Below, in pieces: positions 46,468 to 57,343 of a stretch of 64,000 nucleotides of DNA (position 1 is the first letter of the stretch; each line of letters opens with the position of its first letter). The DNA is from an uncultured Winogradskyella sp. (lineage in GTDB: Bacteria; Bacteroidota; Bacteroidia; Flavobacteriales; Flavobacteriaceae), in contig NZ_CANMJY010000005.1 in the NCBI RefSeq assembly GCF_947498345.1, positions 225,168-289,167 on the forward strand, in the 5' to 3' direction. A model generated the notes under the pieces. That model worked only from the letters and a program-made list of their open reading frames with translations, was not told the origin of the DNA and did not search any database. The translations under genes were made by a program, and so were the position numbers.

Positions 46468-47205
46468 TTATTTATCTTTTAAAATAAAACCACCCTTAAC
46501 TAGCCAGGAGAAACCAAAGGATTCTACAGCAAGAGTTTCCATCCAAAAGGTGAGATTATTATTTTCATAAATAGCTTTTGGAAAAATATCTATAAAATAA
46601 GAAAACATAATTAATAGCGCTATGAGCATCAATGAACCGCAAACAATATATACTAGATTACGTTTTTTCTTTTCTGGTGTTCTATTAGCTTTTAATTGAT
46701 CGGATTTAGTAAACAAAAAGAAGCACATATAATTGAGTATGCTTAAAAATACCGCTGCACTGATATAATGAAATTTAACTCTAAAACCACTTTCTTTAAT
46801 ATAGGTCATACTCTGTGTATCACATACATTACAACAACTTGTTGCTATGCTATCTGTTGGAAAAAGTAAAACAAGAAGCGCTGCAAAACCTGCTAAAAAT
46901 GATAAAAAGAAGTCTATAGGTTTATGACGTTTATAGATCATTAAAAAAATGGCCATAAGACTTACTACAATAATAAATACTGGATTAGACCTCGTAAAAA
47001 AATAATGACTAATAGATGGTAATTCTTCTAAACGACCTGTATTGAGGTACAAAAACAACCACAGTAAAATGGGTAAAAGCATCCCTAAAACACCTATCAA
47101 CTTCATCAAGGTTTCTATACTGGTAAGCCATGGTCTATTTACATCCTGTATGTCTACATTAAGCATTTTACATGCTTTTGCTGAAAAATTTTGCTGCTTT
47201 TGCAT
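46468..47205 (-). CDS. Multi-pass membrane protein (DUF998-like)
   Basis: SISHYF, HYISAAVF, ETLAVESFGFSWLVKG. Confidence 0.65.
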   Translation of the reverse strand: MQKQQNFSAKACKMLNVDIQDVNRPWLTSIETLMKLIGVLGMLLPILLWLFLYLNTGRLEELPSISHYFFTRSNPVFIIVVSLMAIFLMIYKRHKPIDFFLSFLAGFAALLVLLFPTDSIATSCCNVCDTQSMTYIKESGFRVKFHYISAAVFLSILNYMCFFLFTKSDQLKANRTPEKKKRNLVYIVCGSLMLIALLIMFSYFIDIFPKAIYENNNLTFWMETLAVESFGFSWLVKGGFILKDK

Positions 47206-47462
47206 AATAAAGTATTTAAACTAAGTTACTCATTTCCCTTTTAATTTTATAACCCTATCGTAACTGAAAAATTATTTTTTAGTTCCTCAAAATTCAGTAC
47301 AATACAATATTACATATCAAAATTAATGCAAATAAATGCTTGATTTTTTCATAATATAGGTTGGTTTTAATTAATAGTTAAAATTAATTGCTAACACTAC
47401 AGCTTACCATACCTAATACTGGGCATGTTTTTATTATTATAACTATAAAATATATAACGTTT

Positions 47463-47960
47463 TTAAGACCTATTGAAATACTGAGCGACAATTGGAATTA
47501 GCATTCCGAAAAATGTAGTTGCCATATTAGAGATACTTTCCATAGCATTTTCATTTAAAATAATCCAAAGTGCTATTGAACCGATACCAACAACAATATA
47601 TGCTAATGCGTAGAAAAATCCCATTTTTTCTTTACTTTCATTAGGCTTATTGTCAGAGATTGAATATGATCCTAAATTTTGCAATTTATATGCAAAAGTT
47701 TTAACCGAAGATTCTTCGACTTCATTACCCGAATCTGGAGGCTTAACTCCAAATCCTGAAGCTACAATACCTCCTACTAAACCTGTTAAACCACTTGTAA
47801 CATATGTTAAAGCAGAATTTAATTCTTCTCTGTAATTATCTGGTAATTTACCATCTACCAATATTTCAAAAGATAGATAAAATAAATACCCAGAACACGC
47901 TAAAAACCCTAGTAGAGCTAGAATTACAAGTAATTGAATAAGGATTTTTTGATTTTTCAT
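47463..47960 (-). CDS. Hypothetical membrane protein
   Basis: 165 aa with about four hydrophobic helices. Confidence 0.7.
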   Translation of the reverse strand: MKNQKILIQLLVILALLGFLACSGYLFYLSFEILVDGKLPDNYREELNSALTYVTSGLTGLVGGIVASGFGVKPPDSGNEVEESSVKTFAYKLQNLGSYSISDNKPNESKEKMGFFYALAYIVVGIGSIALWIILNENAMESISNMATTFFGMLIPIVAQYFNRS

Positions 47961-48005
47961 AATATGTATTTTATATTTTAGATGAATCTTTATTGAGAAA
48001 AATAA

Positions 48006-49061
48006 TTATACTATTATATTTTCAGTTAAGGTCAAAGACACAGGTCTATGATCACTCGTTCGGGTTTTCGAATTAGATCCTGCATTTGCACGTTCAAAAA
48101 TTTCATGTTCTACCATACCAGCTTTAGCATTTACTTTTAAAGGGAAACTACCATTGCACAAGGGTTGACTCATTAATATATGATCTATAAGTAATGGATT
48201 TCTACTCGCTGGGATATTTAATATAGGATCCCTAAAGCGCGAAGTCCATCTTAAATCCGCTGAAAAATCAAATAGTGCATGATTAAAATAGCGTTCTGCC
48301 AGCATTACATCACCTTGTAAGTTTTGTATTAGATCAAAGAATAAGTATTGTGTTTCAAAAAAGTCGTGACCTGGTCCATCATTACAATCACCAAGTATAA
48401 TAATACCAGGCGATTCTAATTGATTAAACTTTGCCTCTACATAATGTCTAATGTTTCTTGCTTCAGTAGCAAGTTTTACCCTTGCCTTTAATGCTGTTTC
48501 AAGATAACTACCCGTAAGATTTCCGTTGGCATCTTTTGTAATTCCTTTGAGGTTTATCTTAGATTTAAGGTGCACACCAATGCATTCAATTTCTTGACCA
48601 TTATCTAAAGTATAAATCAATACTTGAGGGTGCCGATAATGCTTATGATCATCAGGTAATACTTTCCCCCAATAATTAACTTTCCACCGATCTGTATTAA
48701 CAAATGCCTTCCATACATCTGCTTCTTGCAAACGACATTGAGATAAAACGTTGGGTTTTACCAAAAACCATAACCACTGTGTCCCGCCCATATGATTGCC
48801 ATAATCGCGATCGCGATCACCTATTTGATTATTATCTCCTTTAAGTAAAACCGGTACCCATTGGTTATTAAGTACACGGTCACAAAATTTAATGATCTCG
48901 GCCTCCCCTTTAGGGCCTTCTACAATAAGAAGAATATCCGCATCAATAGATTCAATAGTTTCTTGCACACGTTTTTTGCGATCATCAATTATTTGAGATG
49001 GGTTTTCTTTAATTAAATCTTTGGCATGTTTTATATTCCAGGTGGAAATTTTTAATGGCAT
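48006..49061 (-). CDS. Endonuclease/exonuclease/phosphatase (EEP) family protein
   Basis: STWNI, LIVE, VHLKS, GDCND, IDHIL, SDHRPV. Confidence 0.88.
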   Translation of the reverse strand: MPLKISTWNIKHAKDLIKENPSQIIDDRKKRVQETIESIDADILLIVEGPKGEAEIIKFCDRVLNNQWVPVLLKGDNNQIGDRDRDYGNHMGGTQWLWFLVKPNVLSQCRLQEADVWKAFVNTDRWKVNYWGKVLPDDHKHYRHPQVLIYTLDNGQEIECIGVHLKSKINLKGITKDANGNLTGSYLETALKARVKLATEARNIRHYVEAKFNQLESPGIIILGDCNDGPGHDFFETQYLFFDLIQNLQGDVMLAERYFNHALFDFSADLRWTSRFRDPILNIPASRNPLLIDHILMSQPLCNGSFPLKVNAKAGMVEHEIFERANAGSNSKTRTSDHRPVSLTLTENIIV

Positions 49062-49140
49062 AATACGTTGATTTATGTTAATAATTAATAGCAGGCACTA
49101 AAACATACCATATCCGTTGAGGATATATTTTACGTTTCGT

Positions 49141-49215
49141 GCAGTCAACAACGAATTATGTAATTCAGTGCTGTTAAGGAAGCAGCACTTAATGAATTAA
49201 ATATAAGTTATTTAA
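49141..49215 (+). repeat. Short attC-like palindrome (63 bp from AAC to GTT), likely distal end of the array
   Basis: cagtcAACaacg..taattcagtgc resembles cagccAACaatg..taattcattgc of palindrome 1; stems taattca/tgaatta and agtgctg/cagcact; GTT at 49207. Confidence 0.55.
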
Positions 49216-49432
49216 AATTCTTAGAATTAAGTTTTAAATTAGATAAAACGTTAATATTTTCTTTGTAATGAAGTTTTAAGATCATTACTAAATATATTTT
49301 TATCAAAATCGAAATCACTCAAAAAAATATCATAGCATTTAGTATGTATGGTTTCTTTTTTAAATTTATACTCCTGCTAATTGGTAATGACAAATGGTCT
49401 ATACCTTCACATCAATTTAACATCTAAAATTG

Positions 49433-49440
49433 TACCTTTG
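49433..49440 (+). promoter_or_regulatory. -7 promoter element TACCTTTG for uvrA
   Basis: TAnnTTTG match 16 bp before ATG 49456. Confidence 0.65.
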
Positions 49441-49455
49441 CACTTTTGCCAATTT

Positions 49456-52284
49456 ATGACAACATTAGACGATTCCATAGAGGTAAAAGGCGCACGTGTT
49501 CACAACCTCAAAAATATAGATGTAACCATTCCAAGAGAAAAGTTAGTAGTAATTACTGGGCTTTCCGGCAGTGGAAAATCATCGTTGGCTTTCGATACCA
49601 TATATGCCGAAGGACAACGCCGTTATATTGAAACATTTTCGGCTTATGCACGTCAGTTTTTAGGAAATCTCGAACGTCCAGATGTAGATAAAATTGATGG
49701 ACTTTCCCCTGTTATTGCCATTGAGCAAAAAACCACAAGCAAATCTCCGCGTTCTACTGTTGGTACTATTACAGAAATTTACGATTTCTTACGTTTATTA
49801 TTTGCCAGAGCAGCAGATGCCTATAGCTATGAGACTGGCGAAAAAATGGTGAGCTATAGTGATGAACAAATCAAAGACTTAATTTTAGAATCTTATAAGG
49901 GTAAACGCATTAGTATATTATCTCCTGTAGTGCGTTCTCGTAAAGGACACTACCGAGAGCTCTTTGAGCAAATTGCTAAACAAGGTTTTGTTAAAGTGCG
50001 TACAGATGGTGAGATGGTTGACCTAGAGAAAGGTATGAAGCTCGATCGTTATAAAACGCATGATATAGAGATTGTTATTGATCGACTAAAAATTTATGAC
50101 TCTAAAGATAACGAAAAACGTCTCATGGAGTCCATTAATACAGCTATGTATCATGGTGATGATGTCCTTATGGTCATTGATCAAGACACAAACGAACCGC
50201 GTTACTTTAGTCGCAACCTAATGTGTCCGTCTTCTGGTATTTCATATCCAAACCCTGAGCCTAATAACTTTTCGTTTAACTCACCCAAAGGTGCTTGCCA
50301 AAATTGTAACGGTATCGGTGAGCTGTACATAGTAAATGAAAAGAAATTGGTCCCAGACGAAAGTTTGTCTATTAAAAATGGAGCTTTGGCTCCTCATGGT
50401 CCAGAAAAGAAAAGTTGGATTTTTAACCAGTTTCATACTATAGCGCAGCGTTTTGAGTTTTCATTAAATGATGCATGGAAAAATATTCCTGAAGAAGCAA
50501 AACACGTTATTCTTTATGGTGGCAAAGACAGCTTTGAAGTAGAAAGCAAGTTATTAGGAGTAAAACGAAATTATAATATCGATTTTGAAGGAGTAGCTAA
50601 CTTTATTGAGAGCCAATACAAATCTAACTCTACCTCATTAGTACGTTGGGCAAAAGCTTATATGGATAAAGTAGAATGTCCTGTTTGTGAAGGATCTCGA
50701 TTACGAAAAGAATCTTTATACTTTAAAGTAGATGATAAAAACATCTCACAACTGGTAAAAATGGATATTGTTGAACTAGGTGAATGGCTAAACGAATTAA
50801 CAGGTAGACTTTCAAAAAAGCAACAGAAAATTTCAGCAGAAATTATAAAGGAAATTAAAGCACGTACACAATTTTTATTAGATGTAGGCTTAACATACCT
50901 ATCCTTAAATCGGAGTTCAAAATCACTTTCTGGTGGAGAAGCACAACGTATACGATTGGCAACACAAATTGGCTCACAACTGGTTGGTGTACTATATATT
51001 TTAGACGAACCTAGTATTGGTTTACATCAACGTGATAACGAAAAACTCATAAACTCATTGGCTTCACTTAGAGATGTTGGCAATTCAGTCATTGTAGTAG
51101 AGCACGACAAGGATATGATAGAACGTGCAGACCATGTTATAGATATTGGACCTTATGCAGGTAAACATGGTGGGGAAATCATCAGTGAAGGAACACCTAA
51201 GGAGCTATTATCGCATCACACACTTACAGCCAAATACCTTAATGGAGAAAAAGAAATTGAAATTCCTAAAAAACGTAGAAAAGGTAATAACAAAAAAATT
51301 GTACTTAAAGGCTGTACAGGTAACAATTTAAAAAATGTAGATGTAGAATTCCCCTTAGGAAAAATGATTGGCGTTACTGGTGTTTCTGGTAGTGGAAAGT
51401 CAACTTTAGTTAATGAGACCCTCTATCCTATTATGAACGCACATTATTTTAATGGTGTAAAAAAACCCATGCCTTATAAGAGCATTAAAGGCTTAGAGCA
51501 TATCGATAAAGTTATTGATATCAACCAATCACCTATCGGAAGAACTCCAAGAAGTAATCCAGCTACATATACCAAAACATTCGATGAAATACGAAAACTA
51601 TTTGCTCAGATTCCTGAAGCAATGATTCGTGGATACAAACCAGGACGCTTTAGTTTTAATGTCGCTGGTGGTCGTTGCGAAACCTGTCAAGGTGGTGGTT
51701 TACGTGTTATTGAAATGAATTTTTTACCAGATGTTTATGTAGAATGTGAAACTTGCCAGGGTAAGCGTTTTAATAGAGAAACCTTAGAAATTAGATATAA
51801 AGGAAAATCGATTAGTGATGTCTTAAACATGACTATCGAAGAAGCAGTAAGCTTCTTCGAGCATATCCCAAAAATTCACAGAAAACTAAAAACCATTAAA
51901 GATGTTGGTTTAGGCTACATTACACTTGGACAACAAAGCACAACATTATCTGGTGGTGAGGCACAACGTATAAAACTTGCATCAGAATTAAGCAAGCGAG
52001 ATACGGGTAATACCTTCTATATTTTAGACGAACCTACAACTGGTTTGCATTTTGAAGATATTAGGGTTTTAATGAAAGTCCTTAATAAATTAGTAGACAA
52101 AGGCAATACAGTTTTAATTATCGAACACAATCTCGATGTCATTAAAACCGTTGACTATATTATAGATATTGGCTATGAAGGAGGAAAAGGCGGAGGACAA
52201 ATAGTTGCTAAAGGTATACCAGAACAGGTTATAAAAGACAAAAAAAGCCATACAGCTAAGTTTTTGAGTAAGGAGTTGAATTAA
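49456..52284 (+). CDS. uvrA: Excinuclease ABC subunit A
   Basis: GARVHNLKN, two Walker A motifs ([16 protein letters not shown]), LSGGEAQR twice, Zn-finger CxxC pairs. Confidence 0.98.
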   Translation: MTTLDDSIEVKGARVHNLKNIDVTIPREKLVVITGLSGSGKSSLAFDTIYAEGQRRYIETFSAYARQFLGNLERPDVDKIDGLSPVIAIEQKTTSKSPRSTVGTITEIYDFLRLLFARAADAYSYETGEKMVSYSDEQIKDLILESYKGKRISILSPVVRSRKGHYRELFEQIAKQGFVKVRTDGEMVDLEKGMKLDRYKTHDIEIVIDRLKIYDSKDNEKRLMESINTAMYHGDDVLMVIDQDTNEPRYFSRNLMCPSSGISYPNPEPNNFSFNSPKGACQNCNGIGELYIVNEKKLVPDESLSIKNGALAPHGPEKKSWIFNQFHTIAQRFEFSLNDAWKNIPEEAKHVILYGGKDSFEVESKLLGVKRNYNIDFEGVANFIESQYKSNSTSLVRWAKAYMDKVECPVCEGSRLRKESLYFKVDDKNISQLVKMDIVELGEWLNELTGRLSKKQQKISAEIIKEIKARTQFLLDVGLTYLSLNRSSKSLSGGEAQRIRLATQIGSQLVGVLYILDEPSIGLHQRDNEKLINSLASLRDVGNSVIVVEHDKDMIERADHVIDIGPYAGKHGGEIISEGTPKELLSHHTLTAKYLNGEKEIEIPKKRRKGNNKKIVLKGCTGNNLKNVDVEFPLGKMIGVTGVSGSGKSTLVNETLYPIMNAHYFNGVKKPMPYKSIKGLEHIDKVIDINQSPIGRTPRSNPATYTKTFDEIRKLFAQIPEAMIRGYKPGRFSFNVAGGRCETCQGGGLRVIEMNFLPDVYVECETCQGKRFNRETLEIRYKGKSISDVLNMTIEEAVSFFEHIPKIHRKLKTIKDVGLGYITLGQQSTTLSGGEAQRIKLASELSKRDTGNTFYILDEPTTGLHFEDIRVLMKVLNKLVDKGNTVLIIEHNLDVIKTVDYIIDIGYEGGKGGGQIVAKGIPEQVIKDKKSHTAKFLSKELN

Positions 52285-52368
52285 TACTATATTGTACTCT
52301 ACTTGCTAATGTGCTACGAAATGGATTATATTAGCGAGTTTGCAAATTAGATAAGAAAATATTGATAT

Positions 52369-53058
52369 ATGAGAAAAGAGAGTAACCATAAAGGCTGGAA
52401 CGAAATAAAAACTAACGATTCTTGGGCGATTTTTAAAATCATGGGAGAATTTGTTAATGGCTATGAAAAATTAAGTAAAATTGGTCCTTGTGTTTCTATA
52501 TTTGGATCAGCGCGTACCAAGCCTGCGGATAAATATTATAAACTTGCAGAAGAAGTAGCTCAGAAAATTGTAGAACATGGTTACGGTGTTATTACGGGTG
52601 GTGGCCCAGGTATTATGGAGGCAGGTAATAAAGGAGCACACATAGCAGGCGGAACTTCAGTAGGCTTAAATATAGAATTACCCTTTGAGCAACACGACAA
52701 TCCATACATAGACAATGATAAGAGCTTAGATTTTGATTATTTCTTTGTGCGTAAGGTTATGTTTGTAAAATACTCACAAGGCTTTGTAGTAATGCCAGGA
52801 GGTTTTGGTACCCTTGATGAATTATTTGAAGCCATGACATTAATACAAACCCATAAAATTGAAACCTTCCCAATTATTTTAGTTGGTAAACAATTTTGGG
52901 GTGGCTTGATGGATTGGGTAAAAACAACATTATTAGAGGCCAATAATAATATTAGCCCTAAGGATTTAGATTTAATTCATTTAGTAGACACTGCTGATGA
53001 AGTCATAGATATATTAAACGATTTCTATAAAGAATATGGGTTGAGTCCTAATTTTTAA
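52369..53058 (+). CDS. LOG family (TIGR00730-type) Rossmann-fold protein
   Basis: IFGSAR, TGGGPGIMEA, FFVRKVMF, PGGFGTLDE. Confidence 0.93.
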   Translation: MRKESNHKGWNEIKTNDSWAIFKIMGEFVNGYEKLSKIGPCVSIFGSARTKPADKYYKLAEEVAQKIVEHGYGVITGGGPGIMEAGNKGAHIAGGTSVGLNIELPFEQHDNPYIDNDKSLDFDYFFVRKVMFVKYSQGFVVMPGGFGTLDELFEAMTLIQTHKIETFPIILVGKQFWGGLMDWVKTTLLEANNNISPKDLDLIHLVDTADEVIDILNDFYKEYGLSPNF

Positions 53059-53081
53059 AAACTGCTTCTATATTCAATGCT

Positions 53082-54356
53082 ATGAAAAAGAAAGCACTTG
53101 GTTTTTTTATAATTGGATGGTTTATAAATATAAACGTTTCCGCACAAGAGACTTTTAAGGTGATGTTTTACAATCTCCTTAATTACCCTCTAGAGAATGC
53201 TGTGCCCAATCGTCAGGCTGATTTAGGATTTATTCTTTTTAACTATCAACCCGACTTGTTTTTGGTCTGCGAACTCAATAATATTAATGGTGCAAATAAT
53301 GTTCTTGATATTACCCGATTGGCTTTAAATTCTAATTTTGAAATGGCAACTTATGCCTCAAATACCTCTGATGATACTACAGGTAATCAAAATGACTTGC
53401 AGAACTTACTGTATTATGACAGTACAAAGTTTATTTTAGAAGAAGAAATTATTGTCCCTACAGATTTAAGAGATTTTAATATCTATAAACTTCTATTAAA
53501 TACTATAGACCAAGATATCAATCCAATAGAGCTTTATATTGTAGTTTGCCACCTTAAAGCATCAAGTGGAGAGGTCAATGCGCAACGGCGCTTTAATATG
53601 ATTTTAGAACTAGAAAATTACCTCGATACATTACCGCAAAACACCAACGTAATGCTAGGTGGAGATCTCAACGTCTACAGATCATCTGAATTAGCATTTC
53701 AAGAACTGATAAATAATACTAATAACATTACTTTTGTTGATCCGGCTAATAGAATTGGTAATTGGAATAACAACTCAAGCTTTGTAGATGTGTTTACCCA
53801 ATCTACAAGAACTCAAAATGGCCTGGGAGGTTCAACTGGTGGTTTTGACGACCGTTTTGATTTTATTTTAACCTCAGAAAACATGTTAAGTACAGCTAAC
53901 ATTACTTATGTACCAAACTCGTATCAAGTGTATGGTAATAATGGTTTAGCTTCTTGTTATAATCGGGCTATAAATTCTTCGGATTGCGCTATAGCTGGCT
54001 CTGAGTTTTCGTTTCAAATAAGAGATGCTCTACATAATTTTAGTGACCACCTTCCTGTAACGCTCTCTCTAGAAACTGATGCTACCTTATTAAGTATAAA
54101 TGAATTCGAAAGTGTTAAGTGTTACACTTTAGAAAAAACTTTAAATAATTCAAAATTAATTGTTTATATTAATTCATATAAACTAAAAAATGAATATATA
54201 AGCATTTATAATACTTTAGGAAAACAAATAAAAACACTACAAACTAACTCAGACCAAAAGCAACAATTTGATGTTTCTGGATTAGAAAATGGTGTCTACT
54301 TTTTAAGCTTTGAAAACAGCGATTTAAAACCCACAAAATTTGTAATTCAACATTGA
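53082..54356 (+). CDS. Secreted EEP-family nuclease/phosphatase with T9SS sorting domain
   Basis: Signal peptide, FYNLLNY, CHLKAS, GGDLN, DRFDFIL, SDHLPV, C-terminal YNTLGKQI...GVYFL. Confidence 0.85.
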   Translation: MKKKALGFFIIGWFININVSAQETFKVMFYNLLNYPLENAVPNRQADLGFILFNYQPDLFLVCELNNINGANNVLDITRLALNSNFEMATYASNTSDDTTGNQNDLQNLLYYDSTKFILEEEIIVPTDLRDFNIYKLLLNTIDQDINPIELYIVVCHLKASSGEVNAQRRFNMILELENYLDTLPQNTNVMLGGDLNVYRSSELAFQELINNTNNITFVDPANRIGNWNNNSSFVDVFTQSTRTQNGLGGSTGGFDDRFDFILTSENMLSTANITYVPNSYQVYGNNGLASCYNRAINSSDCAIAGSEFSFQIRDALHNFSDHLPVTLSLETDATLLSINEFESVKCYTLEKTLNNSKLIVYINSYKLKNEYISIYNTLGKQIKTLQTNSDQKQQFDVSGLENGVYFLSFENSDLKPTKFVIQH

Positions 54357-57190
54357 AAAAATTCGCAATTATACTATTAGTTTGTTTAAGTAATTGGTCA
54401 ATTATTATTGGACAAAACAAAATTGATATTGATGCTGTAGTAGATGTGGAAACCAAAACAATTTCTATATCACAAACTATTATATATAAAAACGAATCAA
54501 ACACTACTTTAAACGAAATTTATCTTAACGACTGGAACAATAGTTACTCTAGCAAATCTACTCCACTAGCCAAACGCTTCGAAGAAGAATTTAGCACCAA
54601 GTTTCATTTAGCAAAAAGCGAGCAACGTGGATTTACATTAGCAACTTCTATAACCGATAATGGAGATAGATTAGAATTTAGTTATTTAAAAGCACATCCA
54701 GACGTTATTAAAGTAACTTTAAATAACCCCTTAAAACCAGGTGAATCCTACTACCTTAGCTTAGATTACATCTTGGTTCTACCAGATACCACTTTTACAG
54801 ATTATGGCTACACCAAAAACAAGGATTTTGAGCTCAAATACTGGTATATCACTCCAACAGTCTACGATGGAAAATGGCATTATTACAGCAATAAGAATTT
54901 AGATGACTTGTATGTTCCAAAATCTGACATTACCATTCGTTTAACTCACCCAATAAATTATCAGGCTATGTCAGAACTAGACCTGGCTGGTGTAGAGACG
55001 GATCCTGTTTCTAATATTCAATCCACTATTTTCAAAGGTAATAATAGAACTGATACCTATTTATCATTACAAAGATTTCCTAATTTTAGTTTTATACAAA
55101 CTGATGATTTAATATTAATTTCTAATATCAACGAAAGAGGACTTCCTGGTGCAGATAGAGCTATTTTATCAGACAAAATAGCACGGTTTTTAACTGAAAA
55201 CTTAGGGGAGTACCCTCATAAACGCTTATTAGTATCAAGAATAGACTATAACAAAAACCCTTTATATGGTTTAAATCAATTACCCGATTTTTTAAGACCT
55301 TTTCCAGATCAGTTTCAATATGAATTAAAACTGCTTAAAACAGCCTTAAAAAAGTATTTAGATAACGTCCTGTTGCTTAATCCCAGAAAAGAACATTGGT
55401 TAAATGAAGGGCTTCAGATTTACTATTTAATGAAATACGTCGAGGAATATTATCCAGATACAAAACTGTTAGGTAAGTTAGCAGATATATGGGGAATCAG
55501 AACATTTCATGCTGCCGATCTAGATTTTAATTTTCAATATTTTCTGTACTCTATGGAAATTGCACGAAAAAATAGAGATCAACCTTTGTCAACTTCTAAA
55601 GACTCATTAATTAAATTCAACGCTAATATTGCCGGAAAATATAAAGCAGGATTAGGTCTTAATTATTTAGATGATTTTACCGAAGATATCGATTTATCAA
55701 AAACTATTAAATCCTTTATAGAAGCTCATAAGCTTAAACCTGTAAAGATTACAGACTTTGAAACTTTCCTTAAATCTAAAACCTCGAAAAATATTAATTG
55801 GTTTTTTGATGACTATATAAATAGTAGGAAGAAAATTGATTTTAAGATTAAGACTATAGAAACAACAGAAGATTCTCTAAAAATTACCATAAAGAATAAG
55901 CGCAACAATAGCATGCCAGTTTCTTTATTTAGACTCTCAAATGATTCCGTTACTGATAAACTATGGATAGAGAATATAAAAGACTATAAAACCATAAGTT
56001 TACCAAAAGACGATACTGATAAATTAGTATTAGACTATAATAACACGATACCAGAGTTTAACCAACGTGATAATTACAAAGCTGTTAATGGCTCTTTCTT
56101 AAATAACAAACCATTACAGTTTAGATTATTTAAAGATATTGAGGATCCAGATTATAATCAAATTTTCTTTATGCCCTTAGCGGAGTTCAATAATATATAT
56201 GATGGGCTTACGCTAGGTGCAAAAATTTACAATAAAACGATATTAAGAAAGCGATTGAACTATAGGTTTTCCCCTCAGTATGCTACCAAATCTAAAGCAC
56301 TTACAGGTGCTACATCTATTTTCTACACACATAATATTGAAAATAAAAACTTGTTTGATATTACATATGGCATTGCTGCAGGATACGAATCTTTTGCTGA
56401 GGATGCTTTCTTTACCAGAATAAGACCATCTTTATCATTTACCTTTAGAAATGACGATGATTTTAGAGCAGACCGATTAGATAATATCACTGCAAGGTAT
56501 GTAAGTATAAACAGAGATATTGGTGAAGATGCCATTATAGAAGTAGATGAACCAGATTATGGTGTTTTTAATTTAAGGTACACACATTCTAACCCTGGTA
56601 TTATAAATTTTTCCAGATTTATTACTGACTTTCAAATTGCTGACCAATTTAGCAAGCTATCGATAAATTACGAGTTCAGAAAACTAACAAAAAGCAACAG
56701 GAACATTAATCTTAGACTCTTTGCTGGTTTATTTCTAAACAATAATACTGATCCAAATTCAGACTTTTTTAGTTTTGCTTTAGACAGACCTACAGATTAT
56801 TTATTCGACCTCAACTATTTGGGGCGCTCAGAAGCCGCTGGATTATTTAGTCAACAAATTATTATAGCTGAAGGAGGATTTAAATCCATGCTAGATACAG
56901 CTTTTGCAAACCAGTGGATGACTACCGCTAATTTTAGCACCTCAATCTGGAGGTATGTTCAAGCTTATGGAGATGTAGGTTTGGTAAAAAATAAATTTGA
57001 CTCAGCGAAGTTTGTTTACGATTCTGGCATAAGACTTAACCTCGTCGAGGATTATTTCGAATTGTTTTTCCCTGTATATTCAAATTTAGGATGGGAAATT
57101 GCACAACCCAATTATGGAGAACGTATTCGCTTTATTATTACTGTAGATCCACAAATACTCCTTAGTCTGTTTACACGTAAATGGTATTAG
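54353..57190 (+). CDS. M1-aminopeptidase-fold protein with C-terminal beta-barrel-like region; HExxH apparently absent
   Basis: IYLNDW, WYITP, HWLNEGL; the expected HExxH position reads KTALKKY. Confidence 0.65.
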   Translation: MKKFAIILLVCLSNWSIIIGQNKIDIDAVVDVETKTISISQTIIYKNESNTTLNEIYLNDWNNSYSSKSTPLAKRFEEEFSTKFHLAKSEQRGFTLATSITDNGDRLEFSYLKAHPDVIKVTLNNPLKPGESYYLSLDYILVLPDTTFTDYGYTKNKDFELKYWYITPTVYDGKWHYYSNKNLDDLYVPKSDITIRLTHPINYQAMSELDLAGVETDPVSNIQSTIFKGNNRTDTYLSLQRFPNFSFIQTDDLILISNINERGLPGADRAILSDKIARFLTENLGEYPHKRLLVSRIDYNKNPLYGLNQLPDFLRPFPDQFQYELKLLKTALKKYLDNVLLLNPRKEHWLNEGLQIYYLMKYVEEYYPDTKLLGKLADIWGIRTFHAADLDFNFQYFLYSMEIARKNRDQPLSTSKDSLIKFNANIAGKYKAGLGLNYLDDFTEDIDLSKTIKSFIEAHKLKPVKITDFETFLKSKTSKNINWFFDDYINSRKKIDFKIKTIETTEDSLKITIKNKRNNSMPVSLFRLSNDSVTDKLWIENIKDYKTISLPKDDTDKLVLDYNNTIPEFNQRDNYKAVNGSFLNNKPLQFRLFKDIEDPDYNQIFFMPLAEFNNIYDGLTLGAKIYNKTILRKRLNYRFSPQYATKSKALTGATSIFYTHNIENKNLFDITYGIAAGYESFAEDAFFTRIRPSLSFTFRNDDDFRADRLDNITARYVSINRDIGEDAIIEVDEPDYGVFNLRYTHSNPGIINFSRFITDFQIADQFSKLSINYEFRKLTKSNRNINLRLFAGLFLNNNTDPNSDFFSFALDRPTDYLFDLNYLGRSEAAGLFSQQIIIAEGGFKSMLDTAFANQWMTTANFSTSIWRYVQAYGDVGLVKNKFDSAKFVYDSGIRLNLVEDYFELFFPVYSNLGWEIAQPNYGERIRFIITVDPQILLSLFTRKWY

Positions 57191-57343
57191 AAGATTCTTA
57201 TTAAAAAGTTAAAAATTTAGTTTTAATTAAATTTTTAATTGATTTTAAACTCATTTACTGCGAATAATTCAAAACTATAACACTTTCTACAGTTGCACAT
57301 TATACTAGGATTTAGTAATTTCGCAAGACACAATTCTTTCAAT

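Larger units (their letters stand above)
35836..49215 (+). mobile_element. Integron-like gene cassette array: two intact units, then a degenerate distal part
   Basis: attC-like palindromes at 36487-36616 and 37180-37310; remnants at 40285, 42219, 45176 and 49141; short co-oriented accessory genes. Proximal part well supported, distal limit tentative. Confidence 0.7.
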
